Part shown: positions 18,033-27,890 of the stretch, piece after piece
Layout of the letters: the number at the start of each line of letters is the position of its first letter
Numbering within the stretch: position 1 is the stretch's first letter
Assembly (NCBI GenBank): GCA_035546535.1
Contig: DASZWQ010000024.1
Location: 77,320 to 141,319, forward strand
Direction: 5' to 3'
Origin: Pirellulales bacterium
Lineage (GTDB): Bacteria; Planctomycetota; Planctomycetia; Pirellulales; JACPPG01
DNA length: 64,000 bases
The notes under the pieces: model-generated
What the model was told of the DNA's origin: nothing
What the model saw: only the letters and a program-made list of their open reading frames with translations
Database searches by the model: none
Program-made: the position numbers and the translations under genes

Positions 18033-19445
18033 GTGTCAGCGGCTGCAATGCGTTCCCGGCGGGCGAGTAAGATAAAGGGCATGCTCCAATCATCCGCCAG
18101 ACCCGACGCGACCAGGCGGTGGTTCTCACGCGTTTGGTTCCTGGTCGGCGTTATTGCGCTACTGTGCGTTGGCGCGGCGGCGTGGATCTATCAGTCGTAC
18201 GATCGGGCGGCCGAGCAGATGCTCGCCAATGCACGCGCGAGGGGAGAACCTGTCACACCCATTGAGTTGGAGACATACTACGCCGTTCCACCGGTGAGTG
18301 AAGATGCAACTTCGTTGTGGCTTGCGGCTCTCGCTAAGCTGAGGCTCTCGCCAAAGCCGGACTGGACGGTCTATCGCGAGCTACCTTATTTCGCCGATGG
18401 CAGCATTCCGCCGCTGCCGCCGGGAGAGTGGCCTCAGCTTGCGCTAGCCGAACAGTTCTTAGCGGAGCAAAAAGAGGTTCTAGCGGCGCTACGCGCAGCG
18501 GCTGACTTTGGCGGTCGAGCGCGTTTTCCCGATGGGAATTACTTAGATGCGCATGACCGCGGCTCTGCCCTCGGGTTCTGCGCGCGCTGTCTGGAACTCG
18601 AAGCCCTCGTGCGTCTATATCGTGGCGACGTATCGGGAACCGCGGCCTCGCTGAACGCGCAGCTCGCAATCGCCCATGCATTAGAAGATGAGCCATCTAG
18701 CATGGCGTTTCATAAGATGGCAGTGGTTTACGGGGACACGAACGTGCGTACCTACTTGACGACCGAAGACTTTTCGGACGCAGACCTGTCGCGATTAGAG
18801 AACGACCTGCTCGCGATTGACTTTCGCAAGTCGCTTCGCGGCGCGCTGTACGGCGAGCGGCTCTTCGGATTGAGTATGTCCGAGTACGTTGCCACCGCGC
18901 CGCTCGACAACCCGGAGCTTTTTGCCCAGCGACTGAGGAGGCCTTTCGACAGGGTAGCGTATTTGGCCATGACCGAAGATTGGCTCGCAGTCGCCGACAC
19001 CCCCTGGACGCGAATACTGGCCGAAGGAGATGCCGTGGCCGCGCGTTGGAACGACATGACGGGGCTGTTGCACCCGACCACAAAACAGCTGTCATACATC
19101 AATCTCTTCTATGTAGGTACCGTGCGTCGCGAAACTTCGCGGCGGCTGTCAATCCTGGCGATCGAGCTCGAACGATATCGCAAGCGGCACGGCGCGCCAC
19201 CGGCGCTGCTCGATGAGCTCGCGCCGGAAGTTCTGTCCGAGGTGATCGACGATCCCGCGTCGGGTGGGCAATTCCGCTATCTTGTTAGCGAAACCGACTA
19301 CGTCGTTTACAGCACATCGACACGATTCCCGCTTCTATACGGAGCCGCGCTCGACTCCGAGACAGGTGCCAATCCGGCGCTACTCTTTCGTCGCTCGCTT
19401 GTGAGCGATAAAGCGCCAACCGAACCGGCAACTGATGACCGATAG
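18033..19445 (+). CDS. Hypothetical N-terminally membrane-anchored protein (planctomycete-type, unknown function)
   Basis: 470 aa from GTG 18033; alternative ATGs at 18048 and 18081. Single TM helix WFLVGVIALLCVGAAAWIY and a large helical ectodomain. The C-terminal IDDPASGGQFRYLVSETDYVVYSTS resembles the D-P-F/x-G-x-P-x-x-Y tail recurrent in PVC hypothetical proteins. Confidence 0.65.
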   Translation: MSAAAMRSRRASKIKGMLQSSARPDATRRWFSRVWFLVGVIALLCVGAAAWIYQSYDRAAEQMLANARARGEPVTPIELETYYAVPPVSEDATSLWLAALAKLRLSPKPDWTVYRELPYFADGSIPPLPPGEWPQLALAEQFLAEQKEVLAALRAAADFGGRARFPDGNYLDAHDRGSALGFCARCLELEALVRLYRGDVSGTAASLNAQLAIAHALEDEPSSMAFHKMAVVYGDTNVRTYLTTEDFSDADLSRLENDLLAIDFRKSLRGALYGERLFGLSMSEYVATAPLDNPELFAQRLRRPFDRVAYLAMTEDWLAVADTPWTRILAEGDAVAARWNDMTGLLHPTTKQLSYINLFYVGTVRRETSRRLSILAIELERYRKRHGAPPALLDELAPEVLSEVIDDPASGGQFRYLVSETDYVVYSTSTRFPLLYGAALDSETGANPALLFRRSLVSDKAPTEPATDDR

Positions 19446-19452
19446 CCTCCTC

Positions 19453-20406
19453 CTAGGGATCATTGCCATCAGCGACCGAGCAGCCTGGCAGGGCCCGCCG
19501 TAGCTCGGCAATTTGCTCGTCGCTGACTGGTGTCCTACGCAGCCACAGAGACTCGAGGTTCGTCAGCGCGGCGAGCGCACGCGCGTCGCTCACGTGCGTG
19601 CCGTCAAGGTTGAGCATCTTCAGCCGCGTCAGGCCCGCAAGCGCCGAGCAATCCTCGACATTCGTATCCAGCAGTTTCAGCGATTCTAGATTCGTCAGTC
19701 CGGTCAATGGCGATACGTCACGGACTTCGGTTCCTTCGAGGTCGAGATTCGTCAAGCTGGTCAATCCAGCAAGCGGCGTCAAATCGCGGACGTGAGTATT
19801 TGCCAAATAGAGGTCGGTGAGTTTTGTAAGCGCAGCCAGCGGGCTTAGATCGCGGACGGGGGTCTGTTCCAGGTTGATAAAGTTCAGGTTCGTGCAGTGC
19901 GCAAGCGACGTCAGATCGTGTACCTTGCAGCGCGGGGCGTAAATCACTTCCAACCGGCCGTGACGGGCAACCGGTCCGATATCGGCCACGGGCGTCTCGC
20001 CCACATCGAGATACTTCACCCCTGGCATTTCGGCCAGCGGGGTCAAGTCGCTGACCTGCGAGTGCCGGAGACGCAAGTGGTCCAGGCTGCGGAACGCCAC
20101 CAGCGGTGTGACGTCTGTCATTGTCTCGCTTCCCTGCGCGAAAACGACGCGCGGCCCGCGTAACTTGTCCCAAATCCGCTCCCACCACGGCCGCCCGTCG
20201 CGCGAATAAAACGTCGTTGTGGTCCCAAAGTCAAGATCGCCATAGGCCTCGATGCGTTTGGCAGCGAGCATTTCGCGGCGCGATTGCATTCTCTCGAACA
20301 GGAGCCAACAAACGGCGATCGCCACCACCGTGACGAGAAGCAACGTACGGAGGTTGTCCGCACTCCAGCGACGGGCATCTGGCGGAACTGTCGACATGCA
20401 GGACAT
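19453..20406 (-). CDS. Leucine-rich repeat (internalin-like, ~22-aa LRR) protein with N-terminal membrane anchor
   Basis: 317 aa. TM helix LLLVTVVAIAVCWLLF. About 9 tandem repeats of L-x-x-L-x-L-x-x-T-x-V-x-D-L-(S/T)-P-L-A-x-L-T-x, e.g. LTKLTDLYLANTHVRDLTPLAG, LTSLTNLDLEGTEVRDVSPLTG. The repeat-coding DNA spans about 19509-20118. Confidence 0.88.
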   Translation of the reverse strand: MSCMSTVPPDARRWSADNLRTLLLVTVVAIAVCWLLFERMQSRREMLAAKRIEAYGDLDFGTTTTFYSRDGRPWWERIWDKLRGPRVVFAQGSETMTDVTPLVAFRSLDHLRLRHSQVSDLTPLAEMPGVKYLDVGETPVADIGPVARHGRLEVIYAPRCKVHDLTSLAHCTNLNFINLEQTPVRDLSPLAALTKLTDLYLANTHVRDLTPLAGLTSLTNLDLEGTEVRDVSPLTGLTNLESLKLLDTNVEDCSALAGLTRLKMLNLDGTHVSDARALAALTNLESLWLRRTPVSDEQIAELRRALPGCSVADGNDP

Positions 20407-20597
20407 TCTAATACGTGGTCGACGACAGCACTCCCGCCGCTATTGGAGCACGCCGTGCCCTATTCCTCGTTAAAACAACGGCGAGGCGGGCGATTCGTCC
20501 CAATTGGCCCATCCCCCTATAATGACGTATCCTATCGGAGCAGGAATAACTGTATTCGCGGTACGAATTCGCCTACTCCCAAATCGCAAAAACCACG

Positions 20598-21575
20598 ATG
20601 CTTAACATTGCTCTCTTCGCCGCCGTGCCTGCTTCGCTGGCCTGGGCCGTCGCGATCATTATTCTGATATTGATCCTGTTAGTCTTCGTGATCGTGGCCG
20701 CGGCCTATGGCAACTTGTGGTTTCAAGCGTACATGTCCAACGCCCAGGTCGGCCTGTTGCGACTGGTGGCGATGGGCTTTCGCCAGGTGAACGCCCGCAC
20801 GATCGTGCAGTCGAAAATCATGGCCATGCAGGCCGGCCTCGGCAACGATCCTGCGACGGGTATCACCACGCAGCGGCTCGAAGCGCATTACCTGGCCGGC
20901 GGCAATGTTCCGGGCGTGATTCGAGCGATCATCGCCGCGCATCGCGCGGATATCGATCTCGATTTCGACCGTGCGGCGGCCATCGACCTGGCTGGTCGCG
21001 ACGTGCTGGACGCCGTGCAGACGAGCGTCAATCCGAAAGTGATCGACTGCCCCGATCCGCAGAAATCGAAAAAATCGACGTTGAGCGCCATCGCTCGTAA
21101 CGGCGTTGAGTTGCAGATTCGCGCCCGCGTGACGGTGCGCACCAATATCAAGCAGTTGATCGGCGGCGCCACCGAAGAAACCGTGATCGCCCGTGTCGGC
21201 GAAGGGATTATCACCTCGATCGGTTCGGCCGAAAGCCACCTGGTCGTGATGGAGAATCCGGACATGATTTCCAAGGCGGTGCTCGCGCGCGGGCTCGACG
21301 CACAGACGGCCTTCGAGATCGTATCGATCGACATCGCTGATATCGACGTCGGCGAGAACATTGGCGCCCGGCTGCAGGCCGACCAGGCCGAGGCCGACAC
21401 GCGCGTCGCCCGGGCCAAGGCCGAAGAGCGGCGGGCGTTCGCCATCGCTCGCGAGCAGGAAATGAAGGCCAAGGTGTCCGAGAACAAAGCCGAGGTGATC
21501 ATGGCCGAAGCCAAGGTTCCGCTGGCCATCGCCTCGGCCTTCCGCGACGGCAATTTCGCCACCGCCGGCGGCTAA
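20598..21575 (+). CDS. floA: Flotillin-like protein FloA (UPF0365/YqfA family, SPFH-related)
   Basis: 325 aa. N-terminal TM segment, then the highly characteristic [24 protein letters not shown]..., [112 protein letters not shown]. Confidence 0.93.
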   Translation: MLNIALFAAVPASLAWAVAIIILILILLVFVIVAAAYGNLWFQAYMSNAQVGLLRLVAMGFRQVNARTIVQSKIMAMQAGLGNDPATGITTQRLEAHYLAGGNVPGVIRAIIAAHRADIDLDFDRAAAIDLAGRDVLDAVQTSVNPKVIDCPDPQKSKKSTLSAIARNGVELQIRARVTVRTNIKQLIGGATEETVIARVGEGIITSIGSAESHLVVMENPDMISKAVLARGLDAQTAFEIVSIDIADIDVGENIGARLQADQAEADTRVARAKAEERRAFAIAREQEMKAKVSENKAEVIMAEAKVPLAIASAFRDGNFATAGG

Positions 21576-21689
21576 GCCCGAAGGTTCTCAGCCGCCTTTC
21601 GAAGGGCATGCGACGGCCGACTCCTTGCGCCTGTTGTGTTCTCTGCGTGATTCGGCGTTAATAACGCCATTGCGCTGCGCGCGTTCTGT

Positions 21690-22520
21690 ATGATCCGGAA
21701 CCGGTCACTCCCCGAGTCCCCCCGCATGTTCTCCTTCATACTTCTAACCGTGATCGCAGCCGATCCGGCGCCGGGCGATCAAACCAGGCTCGACCTGCTA
21801 AGAACCTTTCGCGACGAGCTCGTGCAGATCACGCCCGGCAAGGGAGATTTTCCCGCCAGCTTCGAGATGGGGTCTGATAATGGCTCCGCCGCGGAACGTC
21901 CCGCCCATCGCGTCCAGCTCTCTCGCCCGTTTGCGATTGCACGCTACGAAGTTCCGCAGAACCTCTGGCAGGCCGTGATGGGCCACAACCCCAGCCGCTG
22001 GAAAGGCCCTCGCAACTCGGTCGAAATGCTCAGCTACGACGACGCAGTCGAGTTCTGTCGTCGCGCGACAACGGACTTGCGCGAGGCAAAGCTGATTACC
22101 GCCAAGGAAGTAATCCGGCTCCCCAGCGAAGCCGAATGGGAATATGCGGCACGGGCTGGCACGCGCACGCGGTATTCTTTTGGGGACGACGCGTCCCATC
22201 TCGGCGACTACGCCTGGTTCACCGGCAACGCAGCGGGCAACGACCCTGCCGTAGGCGCCAAGCGTCCCAACAACTGGCAGCTTTACGACGTACACGGCTA
22301 CCTGTGGGAATGGTGTGCTGACGCCTGGCATGACAATTACCAAGGCGCCCCGACCGACGGCACAGCCTGGCACGACGCGGACGCCAACGAGCGCGTGCTG
22401 CGCAGCGGCAGTTGGAAAGACCCGGCCGACCGGCTGACAAGCAGCGCTCGCCGCGGCGCGGCTCATGATCTGAAAGACGATGCCGCAGGTTTGCGCTGTG
22501 TGCTGGCAGAAGAGCCGTAG
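21690..22520 (+). CDS. Formylglycine-generating-enzyme (FGE/SUMF1) domain protein
   Basis: 276 aa. Signal-like N-terminus. FGE-sulfatase fold motifs: F.MG....E.P.H.V.L..F.I..YEV....W, RLPSEAEWEYAARAG, NNWQLYDVHGYLWEWCADAW, VLRSGSW, GLRCV. Confidence 0.88.
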   Translation: MIRNRSLPESPRMFSFILLTVIAADPAPGDQTRLDLLRTFRDELVQITPGKGDFPASFEMGSDNGSAAERPAHRVQLSRPFAIARYEVPQNLWQAVMGHNPSRWKGPRNSVEMLSYDDAVEFCRRATTDLREAKLITAKEVIRLPSEAEWEYAARAGTRTRYSFGDDASHLGDYAWFTGNAAGNDPAVGAKRPNNWQLYDVHGYLWEWCADAWHDNYQGAPTDGTAWHDADANERVLRSGSWKDPADRLTSSARRGAAHDLKDDAAGLRCVLAEEP

Positions 22521-22616
22521 AACCTGCAATTCATGGTGAGCGATTATCTTGCCCCATGACATCTTTGGCGGCTAAAGTGGAGCGGTACTGTCCATATCCT
22601 CACCTGGGACCACTCC

Positions 22617-24203
22617 ATGCTCGCCATTTCGCTCGCGCTCGCACTGGTCACGGCGACGCCTAAACCGGACAACGCCGCACCCGATACGATCGTCGTCTGT
22701 CCCGAGGCATTTCGCGCCGCTCTTGCCCCCTGGCTCGCACTCCGCAAGGAGCAGGGGCACCGCTGCCAGGTCATCAAGCCTGATACGGCCGACAAGCTGC
22801 GTGGCAAAATCTTAGCGGCCGCGGGGCGTGGTGCCTTGCGCTACGTCGTGCTGGTCGGCGACGCGCCGATCGAAACGGCTCCCAAGAAATCATTGGTCAC
22901 GGTGCCCACGCATTACGTCCCCTCGCAAGTGATTCACCGCTTCGGCGGCGAAAAGCAGATCGCCGGAGACAATTGGTTCGCCGATCTCGACGACGATCAG
23001 TTGCCCGACGTGGCGATCGGGCGTTTGCCAGCCGATTCGCCCGAGGATCTGCGCACCATGGTCGAAAAGATCGTGGCTTACGAGCGTGGGCCGGCCCCCG
23101 GCAATTGGCAGCGGCGGATCAACCTGGTCGCCGGGCTGGGGGGCTTTGGTGCGATTGCCGATGCCGCGATCGAAGCCAGCGCCAAGCGACTATTGATCGA
23201 AGGTATTCCGGCCGCCTACGCGACCAGCGTTACGTACGGCAGTTGGCGCAGTCCTTACTGCCCCGATCCGCAGTTGTTCCATGCCTCGACCGTCGATCGC
23301 TTTAACGAGGGGTGTCTGTTCTGGGTCTACATGGGGCACGGTCACACGCGCACGGTCGATCGGGTGCGCACGCCCGACGGCCAGCATCACATTTTCAACA
23401 CGGCCGACTGCTCGAAGCTGCAATGCGGCGCCCGTTCGCCCATTGCGCTAATGCTCTGCTGCAGCACGGGCGGATTCGATCAGCGCGAAGATTGCCTTGC
23501 CGAGGAGCTGTTGCGTGCGAAGGAAGGGCCGGTGGCGGCCCTGGCCGGCTCGCGCGTTACGATGCCCTACGCGATGAGCGTCCTGGGGGCCGAAATGTTG
23601 CGGATCTATTTTTCCGAGGATTGCCGCACGGTCGGCGAATTGCTGTCCTCGGCGAAGCGGGCCATGATCACGCGGCCGCGCGACGACGAACGCAGCCAGG
23701 CGATCGATGCCCTGGCAAAGTTACTTAACCCGGCCAGCCAGGATCTGGCACTTGAACGAGCCGAGCACTTGGAGATTTTCAATCTGATCGGCGATCCGCT
23801 CTTGAAGCTGCCACGTGCCGCCGTGGCCCAGGTGAAAGCCCCCGCGAATGTCCGCTCGGGCGAGTCGCTGGCGATCACCGGCACGGCGCCCTTTGACGGT
23901 GCGGTGGAAGTCGAACTCGTGGTGCGCCGCGATCGGCTTACCTTCCGGCCGCCGGCCCGCACGAAGTATGAGAATTCACAGACAGCCCGCGATGAATACC
24001 AGCGAACGTACGTTCGGGCGAACGACGCGCGGCTCGTTTCGGCAATGACGATGGCAAAAGGAGGCACGTTTGCCGCAACCCTGGCCGTGCCCGCCGAAGC
24101 CAGCGGAGAGTGCCACGTGCGCGTGTTCGTGCAAGGCGAGAAGGAGACCGCCGTCGGCGCTGCCGACGTCACGGTCGAGTCGGCCGTCGCCCGGAAAGAT
24201 TGA
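22617..24203 (+). CDS. Peptidase C25 (gingipain-like) family protein
   Basis: 528 aa. YVVLVGD...P, DNWFADLDDDQLPDVAIGRLPA, WVYMGHGH (candidate catalytic His) and ALMLCCSTGGF (candidate catalytic Cys) follow the C25/caspase-like order. The C-terminal ~120 aa is probably a beta-sandwich. Confidence 0.7.
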   Translation: MLAISLALALVTATPKPDNAAPDTIVVCPEAFRAALAPWLALRKEQGHRCQVIKPDTADKLRGKILAAAGRGALRYVVLVGDAPIETAPKKSLVTVPTHYVPSQVIHRFGGEKQIAGDNWFADLDDDQLPDVAIGRLPADSPEDLRTMVEKIVAYERGPAPGNWQRRINLVAGLGGFGAIADAAIEASAKRLLIEGIPAAYATSVTYGSWRSPYCPDPQLFHASTVDRFNEGCLFWVYMGHGHTRTVDRVRTPDGQHHIFNTADCSKLQCGARSPIALMLCCSTGGFDQREDCLAEELLRAKEGPVAALAGSRVTMPYAMSVLGAEMLRIYFSEDCRTVGELLSSAKRAMITRPRDDERSQAIDALAKLLNPASQDLALERAEHLEIFNLIGDPLLKLPRAAVAQVKAPANVRSGESLAITGTAPFDGAVEVELVVRRDRLTFRPPARTKYENSQTARDEYQRTYVRANDARLVSAMTMAKGGTFAATLAVPAEASGECHVRVFVQGEKETAVGAADVTVESAVARKD

Positions 24204-24336
24204 AAGGCGCGCCGGCGCCGCTGCTTATTGAAGTCTTTACTTCTGCGGAGTCCGGCACGGCCGACAAAGCGATGTCGCTTTTCGCCCGTCTTTCGCCCTT
24301 CGTCCGTTGATTCCAATCGCTCCCGGAATCGGCCGT

Positions 24337-24879
24337 TCAGCCCATCTCGCGCCAGATATCTTCCGAGTAGGGACGCTCGGCGATCCGGCCTAATTCGTCC
24401 AGCGTGCGGCGCTGACCGACGTTGTGCCAAGGGCTGACGCCTTCGAGTTCGGGCATCATCTCGACCAATTGCGAGGCCAACGTTTGGGCCAGCCGCTTGA
24501 CCGACGAGCTGTCCGCCTTTTCGGCGATGGCCGCCACGGTCTTCATGATCCGCACCAGACGAGCGCGCTCCAGTACGGGAGCCGACAGGGGCGAATTCGA
24601 ATCGACCATCAGTTCCGAAATGGGAACCTCCAGCACGCTTTGCCACCAATAGACGCGGCTCAGGCGCAGATCCGAGGTCTCGTCCTCTTCCAACTCCAGA
24701 TCGCGGATGCTGCTGCGCAGTTGACGTGCCAATCCACGCAAGGAGATCCCTTGCTGCTGGCGGACCGCGGCGATCCGATGTAAGGCCACGCGTTTTGCGG
24801 CGGGTGGAGGTGCCGCAGGCTGCGGCGAAGGCGCCTTGATCGCCGGGAATGCGCCGGCCCCGATTTCAGAAATGCTCAT
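24337..24879 (-). CDS. XRE-like helix-turn-helix DNA-binding protein
   Basis: ORF trimmed to the ATG at 24879 (MSISEIGAG...). HTH segment RIAAVRQQQGISLRGLARQLRSSIRDLELEE. The C-terminal domain has unknown function. Confidence 0.65.
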   Translation of the reverse strand: MSISEIGAGAFPAIKAPSPQPAAPPPAAKRVALHRIAAVRQQQGISLRGLARQLRSSIRDLELEEDETSDLRLSRVYWWQSVLEVPISELMVDSNSPLSAPVLERARLVRIMKTVAAIAEKADSSSVKRLAQTLASQLVEMMPELEGVSPWHNVGQRRTLDELGRIAERPYSEDIWREMG

Positions 24880-25681
24880 GCCGAACCTCGATCCTGTCCA
24901 GGGTTGATGCGGGACGATCCACCGACGGCAACCCTGCCGGCACGATTCCACATCCCTACGAACGAAAAAGCAGGGCGGTTCACCGTTCCCAAACGGCACG
25001 CGTCACGGTGAGCGAGCCTTTGTTCCAGGGCCGGATGAAAATCCAGCGAACCGCCCTGATCAATCCATTTGCTTTCGCACGGAGCACGACAACTCAATCG
25101 CATGACGCCTCTTCAAGCGCATGGCCCCATTCCATGGAACGACGCGCATGACGTTGCGCCGCAACACGACTTGCCAGAGATGTCGCAGCAGATCCTCGGC
25201 TGACCCGCGGACCTTACTCCCCCGTTTGGGAACTCGGTAGATGTGGTGTGGCGAGTTCCGAAGGAAATCATAGCCAGTCGCGTTGAGGGGGACAAGCGCC
25301 CGACACCCAGGTTATTTTTCGATAGCGGAACAGGGCGACGAAGGGCAGTCTGCCATTCCCTATGGCAAACAGGCGCGCCAGATGGCTCGTCCTCGTCCAA
25401 GACATGGGCACGAACGTGCCAAGTTCCGCGCAAGCGCGACCGATAGCTAGACCCTCTAGGGCACGTTACTTAGCCTCAAAACTATCGGCGTTTCGACAAG
25501 CTTCGCCGTGTGCGAGTGCCCAGGATCAGTGGTTCAGTAACAGAAAGGAAGGGAAGAGCACCGTCCGAGAGCACGCGAAATCCAAGTGACGGAAACGTCA
25601 CCCAACACAAGGACAAAAAACCGCCAAGACGTAACGTTTCTCATGGTCGAGCGTCTTGTGGCTTCGTTTCCAGCGGGGGCT

Positions 25682-26392
25682 TTATTCCCCCATGGCAAAG
25701 GCCTTCAAACGCAGCAGGTAATTCGGGCGTTTGGGCCGCCCCGATGCGTCGCCCGCGTCGCAGTGCTGCGGCTCGAACCGGCCAGACATTGGCGCCATCC
25801 CGGAGGCGAGGCAGCGACGCAATTCCACTTCGTGCTGCGGGTAACGGCGGGCGTGCAGGTAGCCTTGCAGGTCCTCTTCTTTACCGGCCAACCAGGGCCC
25901 CAGGGCACGGCGCTCGATGAGTTGCAATGCGGGCCCCGTGGCCAGTCCACGCTCCTTCTTTCGGGCGGCCAAGGTAAAACGTCCACGGCCCGCATCGCCG
26001 TGTGAACGTGCGACCACCAACGGATGCGCGGACGCCCGTTTCCACATTTTGTGCAGGCCGGTCAGGTCCAGATCGCAATCACTGGACCTGAGCAGGACCA
26101 GGTCGCCGTCGGTCACCCGCGCCCCGCGGCGAAAGCACGCGTTGTCACCCATGGCCGTGGAATGATGAATGACCGTGGCCTGCGGGTAAGCGCGAACCAA
26201 CTCAGCGAGGCTCTCGCCCGTGGCGTCGGTCGAGCCATCGTCGAAAAGCACCAGGTTCCAGCGTGGAGTCAGCTCGGGCAGGATTTCCAGGGCTTGCGTA
26301 AAGATGAGCGACACGCGATCCGCATCGTTCCGCAGCGGCAAGATCATGCAAAGCGAAGGTTTCAAACCGACACCCTTTTCTCGAGCAGCCAT
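25682..26392 (-). CDS. Glycosyltransferase family 2 (small, Dpm1/GtrB-like)
   Basis: LCMILPLRNDADRVS...NLVLFDDGSTDATGE...GDLVLLRSSDCD gives the GT-A fold and a DxD-type motif. Start is ATG 26392, or 26458 as in the track. Confidence 0.8.
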   Translation of the reverse strand: MAAREKGVGLKPSLCMILPLRNDADRVSLIFTQALEILPELTPRWNLVLFDDGSTDATGESLAELVRAYPQATVIHHSTAMGDNACFRRGARVTDGDLVLLRSSDCDLDLTGLHKMWKRASAHPLVVARSHGDAGRGRFTLAARKKERGLATGPALQLIERRALGPWLAGKEEDLQGYLHARRYPQHEVELRRCLASGMAPMSGRFEPQHCDAGDASGRPKRPNYLLRLKAFAMGE

Positions 26393-26724
26393 GATTCGTA
26401 AGAGATCGCCCTGCCAGCCTGGCCTTGCAACGTAAACATCGGACCGTGGCGCGCGCATCTCCAGCCATGCACTTACGGAGGCATGTAGAGCTTAACTTGC
26501 CGCGGGCAGCGAACGATTCGATCGCGAGGCAAATACGTGTGGCGCGGGGACACCACTTCCCGGCGGCCGCGGGCCGTGGACGGCGCGAACCTGTGAGGGT
26601 GGCGAGGCGGTCCGTGAAGTAGTGTTAGGCAGTTTTTACCGCTAAGCTGTGAGCGTGGCGGTGTCAGCTCCGTTACAATCCGTCCCGTTCGCCCAGCTCC
26701 CATTCTTTCCGGGTTGAGATACCA

Positions 26725-27126
26725 GTGTCCGCCCATCCTGCAGCCGACGCACCTGTTCCCAACTTCGCCAAGGGCGACGGCCTGTTGCCCGCCGTGGCGC
26801 AAGACGCCGTCACGGGCGAGGTGCTGATGGTCGCGTACATGAACTCGGAGAGCTTCGCCGAGACCGTGGCTACAGGGCGTGCAGTCTATTTCAGCCGCTC
26901 CAAGGGGCGATTATGGCGCAAGGGGGAAGAGAGCGGCCACGTACAGCAGGTCGTGCAGATTCTCGTCGATTGTGACGCCGATACGATCTTGCTGAAGGTC
27001 AACCAACAAGGCCCGGCCTGTCACGAGGGCTATCGCAGTTGCTTCTTTCGCGAGCTCTCGGGCGACGGTGTGAAGGTCGTGCAAAAGCGCCTGGTCGATC
27101 CCGCCACCGTTTACGGCCGCAAGTGA
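26725..27126 (+). CDS. hisI: Phosphoribosyl-AMP cyclohydrolase
   Basis: 133 aa with a GTG start. [88 protein letters not shown] matches monofunctional HisI along its whole length. Confidence 0.93.
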   Translation: MSAHPAADAPVPNFAKGDGLLPAVAQDAVTGEVLMVAYMNSESFAETVATGRAVYFSRSKGRLWRKGEESGHVQQVVQILVDCDADTILLKVNQQGPACHEGYRSCFFRELSGDGVKVVQKRLVDPATVYGRK

Positions 27127-27162
27127 TTGTGTGGTGCTTGCAGGCGCCCGACGATGACATTT

Positions 27163-27203
27163 CGCCGCGATTTCGTCGTGGGATTTCGTCGTGGCGTTTT
27201 TTT
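27163..27203 (+). terminator. Probable intrinsic terminator after hisI, containing a 13-bp tandem duplication
   Basis: Stem CGCCGCGA (27163-27170) / TCGTGGCG (27189-27196, one G-U pair), followed by T7 (27197-27203). The loop region carries GATTTCGTCGTGG twice in tandem (27169-27181 and 27182-27194). Confidence 0.45.
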
Positions 27204-27395
27204 GTCCGTGGCGATTCTCGACAATCAAGTTTGCTCATCGCGCGGCGCTCGGCCTGGTTGTGAGCGCCGCGCGAGGTAGCCTCGGCCATCCCATCTTTCT
27301 AATGACTAGACATGGGAGGTGAGCGAGTTAGAATCAACATCCCACCACGCGTCCACCCGCGCGTATTCGCTCATTTCTAACGATGGAGATCACCC

Positions 27396-27863
27396 GTGAG
27401 CGCTGAAGCACGCCTCGGTGAACTGAAGCTGCAATTGCCGCCCGCGCCGAAACCAGCCGGCGTTTACAAGCCCGTGGTCGTCATTGGCAACGTGGCGTAC
27501 GTCTCGGGCCACGGTCCCTTGAAAAGCGACGGCTCACTCTCGACCGGCAAGGTCGGCTCCGAGGTCGATCAACAGGCCGGGTACGACGCAGCCCGCCAGA
27601 CTGGCCTGGCGATTCTGTCGACGCTCAAGGCGCACTTTGGCAGTCTCGATCGCGTCGTGCGGCTAGTGAAGACCCTGGGCATGGTCAATGCCGCGCCCGA
27701 CTTCCAGCAACATCCGGCCGTGATCAACGGCTTCAGCGATTTAATGTCGCAGGTTTTCGGCGCCGATCATGGCGTCGGCGCGCGGAGTGCCGTTGGCATG
27801 GGCTCACTGCCGGGGAATATCTCGGTCGAGATCGAAGCGATCTTTGAAGTGAAGAACGCTTAA
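27396..27863 (+). CDS. RidA/YjgF/Endoribonuclease L-PSP family protein
   Basis: 155 aa with a GTG start after GGAG. Y.P....GN..YVSG..P......L..GKVG.EV....GY.AAR...L.IL..L....G.LD.V...VK..G.V...P.F..HP.V.NG.S.L....FG....GARSAVG...LP....VEIE.IFEV is typical of the RutC/YjgF family. Confidence 0.88.
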   Translation: MSAEARLGELKLQLPPAPKPAGVYKPVVVIGNVAYVSGHGPLKSDGSLSTGKVGSEVDQQAGYDAARQTGLAILSTLKAHFGSLDRVVRLVKTLGMVNAAPDFQQHPAVINGFSDLMSQVFGADHGVGARSAVGMGSLPGNISVEIEAIFEVKNA

Positions 27864-27890
27864 CCGCTGGTGGCGGAGTCAAACGGACCA

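Noticed and set aside
24880-25681. Possible tmRNA, RNase P RNA or other housekeeping RNA in the 802-bp ORF-free gap
   Set aside because: I found no tRNA-like acceptor/T-arm end, no tag-peptide reading frame and no RNase P conserved-region motifs on either strand. I cannot exclude another ncRNA, so it is kept only as a low-interest finding.
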